Positions 48,901-62,720 of a stretch of 64,000 nucleotides of DNA are shown here, piece after piece (the stretch's first letter is position 1; each line of letters opens with the position of its first letter). The position numbers and the translations under genes are program-made. Source of the stretch: Lepidodermella squamata (lineage: Eukaryota; Animalia; Gastrotricha); the NCBI GenBank assembly GCA_047495785.1, contig JBLDXI010000007.1, positions 2,790,001-2,854,000 on the forward strand, read 5' to 3'. Under the pieces are notes generated by a model. That model was not told where the DNA came from, did no database searches, and was given only the letters and a program-made list of their open reading frames with translations.

Positions 48901-50876
48901 TTAAAAGTGAAATTAAAAAATTGAAACGATATTAAGCTGGATTTTTCATTCTCATCTTTTTCTGGTGAATTTATGGCTATTTATTTCTAATTTTAGGTAT
49001 CGAAATCAACGCTATAAATCGTGACACCATGTCGGCAACTCACGTAGCCGCGGTTAATTGCCCCCGAGCCGTAATGACCGCATTAATTGAAGCCGGTGCC
49101 GATGTTAATCTGCCGACTAAGCCCGACGGCTATTCGCCTTTTTACATGGCCGTCCGCCATGGTCAACACGAAGTCGTTGAGGCTATGCTGCCACGTGCCA
49201 AACTCGACCAGTTGACAGCTTACGGCGAAACGGCGATGACTGAGGCGGCTCGGCACGGTAACATACCGGTGATTTCATCGTTAATCGCCGCTTGTTCGAA
49301 TGAGAGAACCGCCGATGGCCGGCGATTGATTGATCTGTACGCGTCTCGTGGAAAGCCGCCGTTAGTCGCGGCCGCCGATCGTGGTCAGCGGCAAGTTGTT
49401 GATTTGTTGCTGCGAAATGGTGCTAATCCTAATCTGGTGATTCTCGACGGAACCACGGCGCTGTACGCGGCGATTGCGCAAGGTCAAATAGCCACGGCGC
49501 GGATGTTGTTCGCGTGGGGAGCGGATTTGAAGGCGGTGTACAAGTGTGGCCCGCGGCTTTGTTGCTTCAGCTATGTTGATCCGCATCCTCACCTCGAGAT
49601 GAGTGCCTTCTTCTATGCTGCAAAATTCCAGAATTTGAATGTAAGTTGGAATCAAAATCTTGCTGTTGAAAGGAAAATTGAGTAAAACTGGTATAAACAA
49701 TTGGCAAAAAAATCCAAAAATTGTATCGTTTATCGAGGAGAAAAGCGATACATTGGATTAATGAGTCATCAATACCCTCAGTACCAGTGAACCTGGCAAT
49801 TATTGAACTGAGGTCTGCAGCTTTCATTTTCGCACTCTATGTTGGCGTTCCGTGACTGAAGTGTCACCCAGTTTAGTGCTGAATTTGGATTCAATTTTTT
49901 CATTTCTAAATTTGGAGCAATAATTTTTAAATTCGCCGCAAAATTGGTTAATTTAAGCGTTCCTAACAAAGCGGATACCTAGGCTTTAAGAGAGATTGTC
50001 CAGTGAACTAGTTCTTTGCTATTCACTCAATTTGCTCAATAAACACCGACATTTACCTACATCGATTCTGAGATATTAAGTACTAGGCTGAAATGATTTT
50101 ATTGCCGAGTTGAGTATTCATTCAAGGGTTTCTGTTTTTACTCCAGTCCTTCTCCCCCTCAGTGTTGCATTTTTGAAAGCGCGATTTAAATATTAATATC
50201 AAATTGATCAATCAAGCTCATAAATAATTCATTCACCGAGCTTCGCGGTTTTTCGCGATTTTTACTAGTTTTCCATATGCATATTCCTGCGGATTGTAAG
50301 TCATTATTTAATAGGTATAGGGGTATCTAGTGGTGAACCTTCGAATTGGCTGCTCTTTTTACTACATGTAGCAAATGCTTCCCTCTATATGCCTATATTA
50401 ATTTTACGGGTGGAAAAAGTTTCATTGACTATTGGTGAATTTTCAAAAAAGTCCACTCTTTCCTGTTTTTCTTTGAGATCGTTGTGTTGCTGGGTTTCAC
50501 CTTATTCCTATTTGAATTTCAGCTTGCGAAACTCTGCTCGAAATTCTATCAAGTTCCACCTGGAGCACTAGTCCGCGATATTCTCACTGTTTTCGCCGCC
50601 TCGCTGGAAGACGAAAACGAAGCCAACTGGTCGCCTGTTTTCATCGCTTCATTCATCGAATATTTGCAAGATTACTTAAGCAAACCTCCTCCTAGTCTTC
50701 AACACCAATGCCGCATGCGAATTCGATCGATTCTAGGCGCCCCTTTGCCGCTGAGACTTGCGTTTCTGAACGTTCCTATCGAAATCAAAGAGTATCTGCT
50801 GATGAAGCCTGAACTGACTGATGGTGCTTCGGACGACCCTAAAGTTCCGAATCCACCTCAATATCAAACGCCTTGA
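45954..50876 (+). CDS. Ankyrin repeat and SOCS box protein (ASB-like); exons 45954-45996, 46055-46410, 46461-47361, 48997-49640, 50523-50876
   Basis: Multiple ankyrin repeats (TPLLTAIRNG, GETALHLA, TTALYAA) and C-terminal SOCS box PPSLQHQCRMRIR...VPIEIKEYLL; junctions in phase. Confidence 0.9.
47744..47804. repeat. Perfect 28-bp hairpin with 5-nt loop (intronic)
   Basis: caaaaatcaaataaaatctatgtcctgc-cccga-gcaggacatagattttatttgatttttg. Confidence 0.9.
48130..48330 (-). mobile_element. PIF/Harbinger transposase remnant
   Basis: Translates HVRIVIECLFGILKGCFRVI...CARCVLHNIA, matching the DDE_Tnp_4 C-terminal R..(I/V)E..FG.LK.RF...C.LHN motif. Confidence 0.8.
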
Positions 50877-51089
50877 GCAAATCGGGCTTTCATCGTAATC
50901 AAACAATGACTTTATTTATTAATATTATTTGATTTGCTGTGGTGCTATAAAATACTCTGGTTTGCTATCCAACGAAGAATCTCCGCTCATTTTTTATTAC
51001 TTGTGCCCTGTTTTTCACTTTGCGACGCTTTTATTATTGATTAAAACCAATTTTACAAGTTTGTCCGTGTGTTTTTGCTAGATTTTAAA

Positions 51090-51536
51090 ATGAGAACTCG
51101 CAAGCCTCGTGTTTTCGCCGAAGATTACAAGCCGAAAGATGCGGCGAAATTGTCAGCTTTGGCTGAAGAATTCAAGCCAGAAGCCTTGGAGACACGGTCA
51201 GTGATTTCGTCAAAATCGCTGAAGCAAGTCGCTGGTGTGAAGAAAAAATCCGAGAAATCCGCACTAAAACGGCTTGTTCGCCGCAATTTCATCGGAAAAC
51301 AGCAGCAGGAAATGCTGGCGAAACAGGGCAAGAAAGGCAAGAAACTAGCTCAACAGCTGGCTGGGCCGGCTAGTAATCAGCAGCTGAAAGAGTGGATCAA
51401 CGAGCAGCAGACTGGTAGTAAGGACAAAAGCTCAAAACGACCTGTTTCTAAGAAAATTCGCTCAGTTTTGCCGAAGAAACAGCGAGAAAAGTGCTTTCTA
51501 GATATGATGGCTGCCTTTCAACAACCTCATTTATAA
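51090..51536 (+). CDS. Small Lys-rich protein, possibly SLX9/FAM207A-like ribosome biogenesis factor
   Basis: Single-exon 148-aa basic ORF just after a pyrimidine-rich AG acceptor. The resemblance to SLX9 is weak and by eye. Confidence 0.5.
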   Translation: MRTRKPRVFAEDYKPKDAAKLSALAEEFKPEALETRSVISSKSLKQVAGVKKKSEKSALKRLVRRNFIGKQQQEMLAKQGKKGKKLAQQLAGPASNQQLKEWINEQQTGSKDKSSKRPVSKKIRSVLPKKQREKCFLDMMAAFQQPHL

Positions 51537-51605
51537 TATTCAACCAATTATGAAAAATTTGTTGGGTCTGTTATTTTATTTTATCTATTATTTTTAGGAT
51601 TTTTA

Positions 51606-54600
51606 ATGGCTGAAAATCCTAATTTGGTCTATGAAGATTCGACTGACTATGACCACGAATTCGCTACCCCGGCCAAGCCTGATGTGATGGAAATTGGCGG
51701 GGCGTTGGTCAGTGGAGTTGCCGCCCCAGATGAAGCGACCAACGATTCGGAGGAGTTCTGCCTCGGCCCTCCTGAAAGACCCCTGGAACGGCTCTGTCCT
51801 GAGGCGTTGGTAAACGCTGACGTTCAGGAGTTTTTCCCGTCCTACGAGCCGCATCAAACTCTTCGTTTTTACGAGCTATTTAAACCAGCCCACCGACCGC
51901 CCCGGTACTGGGCGAGAAAACCGAAAAAACCGGCGAAAAACGCGGCGAATCAAGATGAGGCAAGTGTCTCTATCGCCCCGATTAATCTCACTGACGTTGC
52001 TGCTAAAACTGAAAATGATGAAGACCTGCTTATGAGATGCACTGAGGCTGAATTGTTGAAAATGAGGCAGGAAAAAATTCGTAAAGGCCTGCTAATCGAT
52101 CTAACTTCGCCGCATACTTTGCAATTATTCGGCGCTGGCGATTCGCATAAGGTGGACGAAAGTGCGAATCAAATCGCGCCGTGGCGTTACGGACCTGCTG
52201 CGTTATGGTACGATCGAATCGGCGTGCCTCCTGATGCGAAAACTGTCAATTACGGTTTTAAGCTGGATCCGGCGAAAAAGCATGAGAAAAAACAGCATGG
52301 TGAATTGGCTGATCCGCTGTTTCAGATTCCGGAGGATACTTTCAATATGGTCGCCCATTATCGATGGGAAGATGATATCATCTGGACCCCAGAACAAGCT
52401 AAAGAAATTGAAACAAGGTCAGTAAAAAGAAAACATATTTGGTGTCTTTGGTTCAACGGAAAAAATTATTTCCGGCCCAGTGATTTTTGCGAAAATATTT
52501 TTAATCGTCAACAAAAATAACAAAAATCACGATTCGGATCAATTTTTTGAATTTTGGAACATTTTCGTTTTGATTTTTTTAGGAATTTTGAAATTGCTTT
52601 CCGCAAAAGATAATTTGAAATGTTGTGATTTTAAAGGTATGAGAGTGACAAATCTCGACTTGCTCGGGCTGGTTGGGTTCCTCATGGCGAGGTCCGAACA
52701 ATGGCTCAATTCTACGCGAAGTATAAGGACTCGCTACCCGGAATAAATACCGGTGCGTTACTCGACCTACTCAACCCAAAACAGCCGCAAGATCCGACTG
52801 CGCCGAAGCCGCGCCTAATCTACCCAATTTTCCCGCCCGAATCAGCCGATCTGATCTCCGGGAAGTGGGAGGATAAAATCATCTGGGATGCGGAGCATAT
52901 GCCGGAATTACCCGAGCCTGAATTGGTCCCGGCAGCGCCTGGGGATGATTTCGCAAATTTACAACTGCCGGAATCGGGCGAGTCCGGGGTGGAAGAGGAA
53001 GATGAGCCGGCTCCTGGTACAACCCCATCTAGCCCAATTAAAGGTAAACTATATTTTTAAGATGGATTCTTTAATTGAAATGAATTTTCTCAGGTCAAAA
53101 CCGTATGGCGAAAAAACGCAGCCGCCTGCTGTTGAAAACAGGCGTTCGAGGCTTGGGCGGTGCGTTTGACGATGTTGATATCGAAGGCTCAGCAAATCCA
53201 CTTTCCGGTGCTAAAAACATCTTCAACCTGTCAAATGACGAATTCTACGAAGGTCTTTCCGCGGCTTCTAAAGCTTTTGGGGGTCGGTCGATAGCCGTCG
53301 GCGTTTTGCAGCATTCAACTCCGGCTGTTGAATTGAGACCGCTATTCTTCCCAACGTGTCTTTCACTGACTAAATTACGCCAGTACCACAGACCCTGGCT
53401 GAAGAAATACCCGAATCAGCCGAATGATTTGAATAAAGCTATGTCAGTTTTGTCTCTGACCCAGAGAATCAAAGAACAAGCTGAATTGCGCGAGGCTGAG
53501 CGGCAAAAGTCGGGCGGCGGGCATGTCTTCTTCATGCGCCACGTGTCTGATCTAACGGCTCGTGACGGCGATATTGTCCTGGTCGAATATTCCGAGCAAT
53601 ACCCGCCTTTGATTTGTCAAAGTGGCATGGCATCAAAAATCATCAATTATTACAAAAGGGTGAGTAATAAAATCCATCCAAGCTTATTTAAAAAATTTCG
53701 AAATTTCTTTTTTGAAACGAAGTAAGCACCTATTTGTACGTAATCATGTGGTATATTTTAACTATTTGTAAATGATTTTTAAAATTGGAAATTCGGGTTG
53801 AGGTTAGGGTAGTCTCTCCCACTGAAAAACATTAATCGTTGCTTTTAACAATACTTTAATGCCCTTGGTGTTGAGCCGCGGGCACTTCAGAATAACCGTG
53901 GTGCAGTCTTCCGACGATTTCACAGGCTGAGGTGACGGGCGAATGACGTTGCGAAACCACAATAGACGAAGTCGTGGTCGTTTTTGAAACGATATCGCAA
54001 GATTTCGCAATGAGACGAAATAACTTCTGAATTAGAATATCCATCTTAACCCGTCTGATTAATTTAAACTCAAATCGATGGTTTTAGCCAAATTATTATC
54101 GATATCGCGTTTTACAAAGTTGGGGAAGTTGGGACTTTTGGCAAGTCGGTAAATCGGGTTTTTCCGAGCAGTCGATTGGGGAAAATCGATTTTCAGATTA
54201 CTTGGAGAATTAGCCACCACAGGCTATGTGCTCATTAGCGCAGTTGCTGCATTTTTATGGCATTCGAAATTAGAGATGCGTCGTTTAGAAAGGAAAGTAA
54301 GCGGCCGCCGGTTAACCCGGTTCGGTTTTCTCCGCTGCTCGGTTGTAACCGAACCGAAAAATCCGGTTTTCCGAAATCCTAGAATAAAAATCTTCACGTT
54401 ATAATCACAGACCTCTCATTTATCCTGAGAGGAGATCGCAACAACATGATAGCGTCCACTAGATTGGAAGACGTGCGATTTTTCAAAGGTGACAAGTCGA
54501 ATATAATCTAAGAAAACAATTGCTCGACGCATGTTGATGTTGTGGGAACGGCTAGAATTTTCAGGGCTGCGGAATAGTAGTCAGCCGTACAAGTGAATCA

Positions 54601-57600
54601 CTTTCCAGCGGTCCAAGTTTTTTCTCGAGCGGAAAGCAACATCCACGAATTTCCTTTTTGAGCTTGCTAGCTCTCCCGGGCGAATATCTACACATTCGAT
54701 TGCGCGTTGCTCTTCGCCAGTACGCATTCCAGCGCACAACACAAGCACAACTTTTGCGGTAAACATCACCCTCCACGGGTTGTCGAATCCCATGCACTTT
54801 CGTGCAAGAATGCCAACGGCTTTCTTGGAGAGCATCGGTGCACCGACGGACAGGCCGAGCCCGGCCTGTTTTGCCTCTTTCAATTTAGCTGCCAGCACCT
54901 GCTGGGACCGAAAAAAGGCGCCTGACTTGATATCGACTCGTCCTTGGGTCAACCTTTTGATGTAGCGAGCTAGGGCGTGATAATAAGCCCGGAGTGTTGC
55001 CACTGTTAACAGCATGCTGGGATCATCGGTGTTTTCTAGTTAGTTTGAAAAAATATCTTAGATTGGGCGCCAGATTTTTGCCAGATTTTGCACCAATAGC
55101 AATATTTCATCCAGTAACGCAGAGTCCGTAAAACGGCTGGGTAATTTAATCGGAGTATCTGAACATCTGGCCTTATCTTTCGAGATGTACATCGCAGTGC
55201 AGCAATTCATGAGGCTTTTTTTGTAAGGACGTCCTCGCCGAAAAATTTTCCGAATTGAGAAAACCATTCTCTGAATAAGTTAGCAACTCCAGAAAGAGTT
55301 GAACCACAAAATCCCCATGTGTTAGCGCAAACAGAGGCCAACGCAAACTGCTGAAAATTGTTGATAAACCTGACAGGAATCTTCGCCATTTTCGAGAGGG
55401 GTAGTTCAGTAACAAGCACAAAAACATTTTCACCTGACCCATCCATTGGGACAATTCATTAAGTGCAGCGGGGTCGGAAGTATTGCATCGCTTAGAAATG
55501 CTCAATTTCCATTCCATGGTCCGATCTATTTCAGGTTCTGTAATAACGCTATGCAGCCCAAGCGAAAACGTTTCGTTAAGCGGTCAGCTTTTCGAGCTGC
55601 CGATAGCCAGGTTGAATGTAGATGCAAAGCGTGGACATGAGTTTTGGTCCATAATATCAAAGAGTTTAGCAAAAACTTCGAATAGTTGGTTTTAAATATT
55701 GAAATGAAGAAATGCATCTGCGCATATATTTCGCTAGCATTGAGCATTGAGCATTTTTATTAATTAATCTTGACTAAATGTCGGTGAATTAAATGAAATT
55801 TAAATGAACATCTGCACTGACGTAGTGGGGCAACATAATAACATCAAATGAGAACATTAGGCTGGTTGAAACCCAGAATGGTGGTCCCTAGATTAATTTA
55901 ATTAAACGAAATTCTCATAATCCTCAACATTTTTTTTACAGAAACCTGAAAAAGACAAGGATGTTCCCGAGTGCAAATATGGCCAAATTGCTTCTGCTAC
56001 GTCTGGCTTGTTCCTCGGAAATCTTCAACCAGGACAGGTAACTTATTCCATTTATTCAAGTAAAATAATATATTTTTTCAAATTTTAGCTGCTTCAATCG
56101 CTATGTAACAACATGTTTCGATCGCCAATTTACAGCCACCAAGTGCCGTCAACCGATTTCTTGCTCATCAGAACCCGCAGGAAGATGTTCATCCGTCGCG
56201 TTGACGATGTTTTCCTCGCCGGGCAACAAGTCCCGATCATTGAAGTCCCACCGCCTAACTCGAAGGGCGCGTTCAATTTCGCTAAGGACTTCTTACTTTT
56301 CCATATTTTCCGCATGTTTTTACGGAGTACGGAAAATCCGCCTCGCGTTCGCATGGAAGACGTTAAAAAGGCGTTCCCTCAACACACCGAAGCCACAATT
56401 CGAAAACGGCTGAAATCAATCGCTGATTTCAAACGAGCGGGCGGGTCGGATGCGTGTTATTGGATCCTGAGACCGGAAACCCGGTTACCTAGTGAGGAAG
56501 AGCTGCATGAAATGGTCTCGCCCGAGCAGTTCTGCGCGAACTTCTCCACCCTAGCCGGCGAGGTCCGGTTAAAAGACGCCGGTTATGGCGACAGGGCGTT
56601 CCTGGCTATCGACGAAGATAACGCGGATGATTTACAGTCGAAAATGGAAGATGAAGTCAAGGCGGCTCCTTGGAATACAACCGGCGCTTTGATTAGCGCG
56701 ATGAAGGGCAAATGTGTCCTGGAGGTGCATGGAGTTGCTGATCCGACCGGGTGCGGCCAGGGTTTCTCGTACGTCCGACTGCCGTCGAAACCGCCGAAAC
56801 CCGATGACAAGCCGCCAGAAAAACCAGGCGGACCGCTCGCCTCACCTCAGCCCGGACCGGTAAAATAAATTACTAAAAACCATTAAAAATGAATTTTTTC
56901 AATAATTCAAGTTCTTTTAATTTTGGCAAATATTGCCTGATAGAGGGCAAAATTTATTTCATCGGAACTAAATTTTAAATCTTGTAAATCATTTTTTGAG
57001 TAGTTTTTTCAAATTATAATGACTTCGTAGGTTCAACGGGAGGTTATCCTAGCAAAATAAAGGAATGGATAATTATTTGCCACAAATTGCTTGGAAATTT
57101 TTACCAATTTTTGAGAAAAAGAATGTAAGAAATAGGGACCACACTTTTCACCGCAGAAACAAACTTTTTATTGTGAGTTCAAATTATTGTGTGTCAGTTG
57201 GTTTTATCACTTTAAATGCCAAAAATAGACTGCGAGGTCCGATATTTGGGTCTAATTCCTGGGTCTGTCAAAAAGTCTTTTTTTTCGGGTCAACGATGCG
57301 TCGAGGGGCAAAATGCCTGACGGCAAAGTGTAGGCCATGACCTGGCGGTTCTTTTGACACCGAATTTGGGGCCACAAGGTCTGAGCAGGTCATTGAAAAT
57401 GACAGTGAAATAACGTCGAAAATTTTGGATTAGAGCCAAAAATCAGACCCAAGAATTGGACCTAATTATTAGACCCAGATTATGGCGCAACAATCGAAAT
57501 TTCACTGTTTTTCAAGTTTGATTTCTGTGCGTTCCTTGAAGTCTTTGGCCCCAAATTCGGTGTCAAAAGAACCGCCAGGTCATGGCCTACACTTTGCCGT

Positions 57601-60600
57601 CAGGCATTTTGCCCCTCGACGCATCGTTGACCCGAAAAAAATGACTTTTTGACAGACCCAGGAATTAGACCCAAATATCGGACCTCGCAGTCTATTTTTG
57701 GCAGTTAAAGTGTTATTGGACAATGTATTGGAGAATGTGTAATGAACAACAAAGCAGTTAAGATTTGCTTAAAGCCATATAGTGGTTGGCATGAAGCAGC
57801 ACGTAAGTCGGCTTTCGACCTTGAGCTTCAGGTGTCACAAGCTTAACCAGCCGCGGCAGAACGCCATTGAGGTAGTGGATATTCACGTTTATGCCTTCCA
57901 AAACGGCCGTAATTGCTTCATCGCCTCACCAAAACCCGGAAACCGACAAACGAGCCATTGGAAGATACAAACACACACCGGCTAAGCATTCGGTCTGCTC
58001 TTGCATTGCTGGGACTGAGTATTTCATCATTTGGTATGCTCGTTCAATTGCTTATAGTTTACAACGGGGCGATACGAACCGTCGGATTTGCGAACCAGCA
58101 GCGGCGGCGACGAATATTCGATGGTCGACTCGCGTAAAATTCCCTGAGCGATCATTATCGATGACTTCGTGATCGATGACTTCAGCTGACACGTTCCCCT
58201 TTCCCTGATTTCCTTGAAGTCCGAAGTCTTCTGATTAGCCAAGCATCGTATTCGCCCAGCAACTCGATTATCCCTGAGTAATTCCCGTTATTCGGCGAGC
58301 CAAGCTTTCGCTAGCTGCATCTTCATGAGACAGAATGTCAAATCCCAAATATTTAGGTACAAAGTGATGAGTCAGTGCCTTTCGAACACCTTCAATTGCT
58401 TGACGGACAACGCCGATTGAGCGGCCAAATAGACTGGGCAGCAGTGGGTTTGACCAACCGAGTCTGAATTTCGACAAATAAATGGCTGCGTTTTGCGGTA
58501 GAGCGACGAGATGAAAAATACAAATAAAATTAAATGCAAAATAAACAACAACAAAATTGGGTATTTTAAAAATTTAAGAAATTCATGTTGAAGACGCCTT
58601 GAATTTGAAATTGATATGGAAATTTCAATTTACGACAACAACAGGAAAGGAATGAATATTAGAGTCCAATTCGCACTTACTCTTCAAAGCGAGAACGACC
58701 TCCTTCGGGATGGCCTTCTTCCGTTCCGAGACCAAAGCACAAAAGAGCTGTCGGCCCTGCGGCAACGAGAGTCAGGGTCCTCGTCACCCATTGTATGGCT
58801 TGCTAGGTAGGAGCTGAACGCAGCCAGTCTTGCGTCGTTCACGGCATCGTCATCAACCTCCTAGTTGAATATTTCTACCTATAATGAACTGAATCAACGC
58901 ACGTGCATATCCAATAACACTCTTAGGGCATTCAACCCAATGTCATTGGGGTTTTGCGAACTTCCCAGGCCAACCTGACATAGGTCCGTTATGTCCCGTT
59001 CTTCGTATTCCTAGAATATAATCCGTGATGGGTTAAATGTGAGCGCAATTTACGAATGAGAAATCCCAGTTGGGATTGTGGATTGTGGATTGTGGATTGT
59101 GGAAGAAACCTGCAAGAACGCCTCTCGTAGGGTGATTCGCTTTTTTGATAAAATTCGTAGCATTTTATAAATTTTTTGTTTTGATAGTATAATAGTAAAA
59201 AATGCATAGCTGAACATTTGAAATGTGTCTGAATCAATAAAAAAGTGTCATCGGATATGCAATCGAAAAATACATTATGAGAACTAGAAGATAGGCAATG
59301 ATTCTTGAAACGAAGTGAGGCCCCATTTCGTTGAGTTTCGGTTCAGCCGACCATTTCTTAGCGGACCACACTAATTGTCTCTTATTCCATAACTATCGAA
59401 GTGTGACACTTTGGTGCCACGCAATTTTTTGACGAATTTAATGGTCAAACTTGGGCTGAATAGACCTAGAAAATCAGGATTTTTTTCAAATACTCATCAA
59501 ATTAAATTAAATATTTCATGATTATTTTTTAGGCTGGTAAAGACGGCGATGCAGCTGCGGCAGCTAATAAACGCTCTGTTATCGGAACAGATTCCGATTT
59601 GCGAAAACTTCACGTGAAAGACGCCAGAAAAATCCTGCAAAATTTCGGCGTTCCCGAGGCTGAGATAAAAAAGTTGACCCGTTGGGAGATGATCGACGTC
59701 ATTCGAACAATGTCAACTGAACAGGCCAGGGCGGGTATTGACACGTCATTCTCGTCAAAATTCGCCCGATCCGGCCGGTTTTCAGTCCATGAATACCATC
59801 GAAATTTCCGGAAGGAGTGCCAAAAAGTTTTCGAGTTGCAAAATCGAGTGTTGTCAGTGACTGACCCGATGAGCTCGGAAGAGTCGGGGCCATCTGGGGA
59901 CGAAGATGACGGAAAACAACAGAAAAAACTGACGGAAGTCGAGCAAATCGGGCGAAGTGTTGAGACAATTTTGCGTGGCCGTGGTATCAATATTTCATCG
60001 AGCACTGGTACCGCCAGTGCTTCGACCTCGAAAACCTCCATAAAACAGCCTGAGCAGAAGGAGAAGCAGCGAATTCTTCAAATTACTCGAACATTCCGTG
60101 GCCCGGACGGTCAGACCTACGACCGGGTTGAAATCGTGCGAAGACCCGCCCTGGTCGATGCGTATGTCCGTATTCGAACCGCCCCGGGTGGTGATGAGGT
60201 CGTTCGGGATTTGGCTAGCGTGATCCTAGGCGATCAAAAGGCGAAGAAAGCTCCGAATAAAGAGCGTGATCTCGATAAACCGCCTGCTAAACGAGGCCGG
60301 CCCGCCAAACCCCGGCCAGAGGGTGAGGTGCCCAAGGTTAAGGGTCAGCGTGGTCGGAAGAGACGAATTTTGACTGCGGATGATATTCGTGAGAAGCTAC
60401 TCGGGGCTGGTGGAAGTGGGGCGGGCGGTAACCCTGACCAGCCGGCTGAACCTATCATCGGCCCGGATGGCCAACCAGTGCCGCGAATTCGTATCAAGCC
60501 GATGCCGAATATGAAGTTCAAATGCAGTGCCTGTGGCGCTATGGGTCACGTTCGATCGAATCGTAATTGTCCGTTGTTTGGTAAATCGCATGGCGAGGCA

Positions 60601-62720
60601 GCGTCTAGCTCGATGCAAGACTCGTCTTCGGCATTGAATTTGAGTGGTGATTTGTCTGCTGGTATGTCTGCTGATGCTATGCCGACTACGGGACCGGGCG
60701 GAGAGACCCTCATCAAGGTATGTTTTTCTACCTTCAACTGTTATAAGTTTGAAGTCAATTTTTATATCAAAATCTAGTAAGCGAGTGATGTACAAAATAT
60801 TTTTAAATATTCCTAGAAAATTTTCTGTAAATGAATGAATTTTTGCGATTTTTTATTCATCGCAGAGTTCTACCCTACTGGTTTTTTTTGATATAAAGTG
60901 TCGCTTTCAAATGAGGGTTATTGTTATTTTTACGATGGAATTTTTGCTTACCCAAAAAAAACAAAAATACACAGGAATGTCAAAATATTTCTGATTTTCA
61001 ATTTGATTCAAATTAAATTTTGGAGGTAGATATGGCAATTAAAATTGCATTATTACTTGAGCGACTTTCACATTTCGTTTTCACATTTTAAATTTCGACT
61101 TTTCTACTCGACAATTTTTCTATTTTTTATTTGAATGATCTAAGGAAGAATTTTAAATGGCAACTTATTGTCGTTTCTAATTAAATTCCATTTCATTTTA
61201 TTCTTAAATTCAGATATCAATTTAAAATCAATTTTATTACTAAATTTAAGGTCGAAGAAACGAAGCTGAAAGTTGCCCGCCGTTTGGTTGATCACTACTT
61301 CGAAATCAAACGCAAGTCCCAGCTGAAAGTCAAGCCGAAAAAAATGCTGAAGCTCGGCGCCAGCGGGGCGAGCAGCATGCCGTCGAAGGGCGACGACGAC
61401 GCAAATGACGGCGAAATCGAGGAAGGCGAGATGGACGAACCCGGCCACGAGCCCGGCGAATACGAAGGCAACGAAGACGCGCAAATGGCTCCGATGGACA
61501 ACGCTGGCCCATCAGGCGAGGGCGGCGAGAGGGTGAAACTGAAATTCAAATTCAGCGGCAGTAGTGGTAGTAACAGCGGGAAGCAACGAAATGCGAGTGG
61601 AAGTGGCGGTGGGTCGAGACGCGGGTCAACAGCCGGGGCTGGTGAATCGAAGCCAGCGAAAGGCCCGAGTCGCCGAATTGTCGACCCGTTACTCGCCTTG
61701 AACAACGTTTTCGAGCGAATTATCAACCCATTACGTACTAACCCGGCCTATGAAGTCTTTTCTCTACCAGTCGATACCCGGACCGCCCCGGATTATCCCA
61801 ATATCGTGACTAAACCGATGGATTTAGCGACTATGAGGAAGAAATGTGTCGATAAACTCTACGGATCGAGGTCCGATTTCTTGGAAGATGCTATGCTGAT
61901 TGTCACGAATTCGCGGCTTTACAACGGAGATTCTCATCCCTTGACAAATCTAGCCCAGCAGCTATCAGAGGCGATAATCGGCGAAGTTATGACGCATGAG
62001 GTTGACCTAGTTCCGCTCGAAAAAGCCGCAAATCCGTTGATTGAAGACGATTTCCGCGCGTTTGCCTTCATTTTAACCGGTGTGATCGATGAAATGAAGC
62101 GAGTCGAAGGTTCGTGGCCGTTCCACGACCCAGTCAACCGGAAAAAGGTGAAAGATTACTACGACATCGTCAAAACTCCGATGGATCTAGCCACCTTAAC
62201 GAAAAAACTCAATGCCGGTTATTACCGCCGTGTTTCTGAATTCCTCTGCGATTTAACGCTGATTCAGTCGAATACTGTGTTGTATAACGGGCAGGAACAT
62301 GCGTTGACTGGCATTGCGAATCGGATGATGGAAGTCGCGGGTGAACAGTTGCGGCGGTTTGCTGAGCGCCTAGCGGAATGCGAGGCCAATATCCCGCTGC
62401 CGAGCTCGAATCTCGCGGCTGATATCGACCGGGCTCGCGCGTTTTTAGGCGACGATACCGAGTCTGTAGCGACTGAAACCACCTTCTCCGACTTTTTCTC
62501 GGCGTCCATGGCTGGAGCGGGCCCGGTTGGCGCCAGCTCGGCTGTCGCTGCTTTCATCGGCCAGCAGCATACTGCGTTGAATTTGACTGAATCTGGCGGA
62601 AATACGACCGCTGGCCTGGAGGATGACCTCGAAATTTCTTCGTCGAGCTCTTCCGAGGCTGAGGAAGGCGAAATCGCCGAAGAGGGCGAAATTGCGGATG
62701 ATGATTTTGATATGAGCTAA
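51606..62720 (+). CDS. TAF1: TFIID subunit 1; exons 51606-52417, 52637-53043, 53094-53659, 55942-56037, 56089-56859, 59533-60717, 61251-62720
   Basis: WRYGPAALWYD, FNLSNDEFY, QHSTPAVEL, EYSEQYPP..GMASKIINYYKR, APWNTT, ADPTGCGQGFSYV, GTDSDLRKL, Zn knuckle CSACGAMGHVRSNRNCP, two bromodomains. Confidence 0.98.
54581..55015 (-). mobile_element. Crypton-type tyrosine recombinase (DUF3504-like) remnant in a TAF1 intron
   Basis: TLRAYYHALARYI..FFRSQQVLAAKLKEAKQAGLG..GFDNP..GMRTGEEQR resembles the CryptonA/KIAA1958/ZMYM domain; the ORF is short and truncated. Confidence 0.7.
57208..57712. mobile_element. Young MITE with ~165-bp TIRs, CAC...GTG ends and TTAT target duplication (CMC/Chapaev-like)
   Basis: 57208-~57372 is a near-perfect inverse of ~57547-57712; ttat lies on both flanks. 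Confidence 0.85.
57860..58170 (-). mobile_element. Degenerate Gypsy-type reverse transcriptase fragment
   Basis: MIAQGILRES..YSSPPLLVRKSDGSYRPVVNYKQLN, then a stop, YSVP...SGFW and AVLEG..YLNGVL; contains stops and an internal deletion. Confidence 0.8.
59073..59103. repeat. (GGATTGT)4 microsatellite
   Basis: Direct inspection. Confidence 0.85.
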
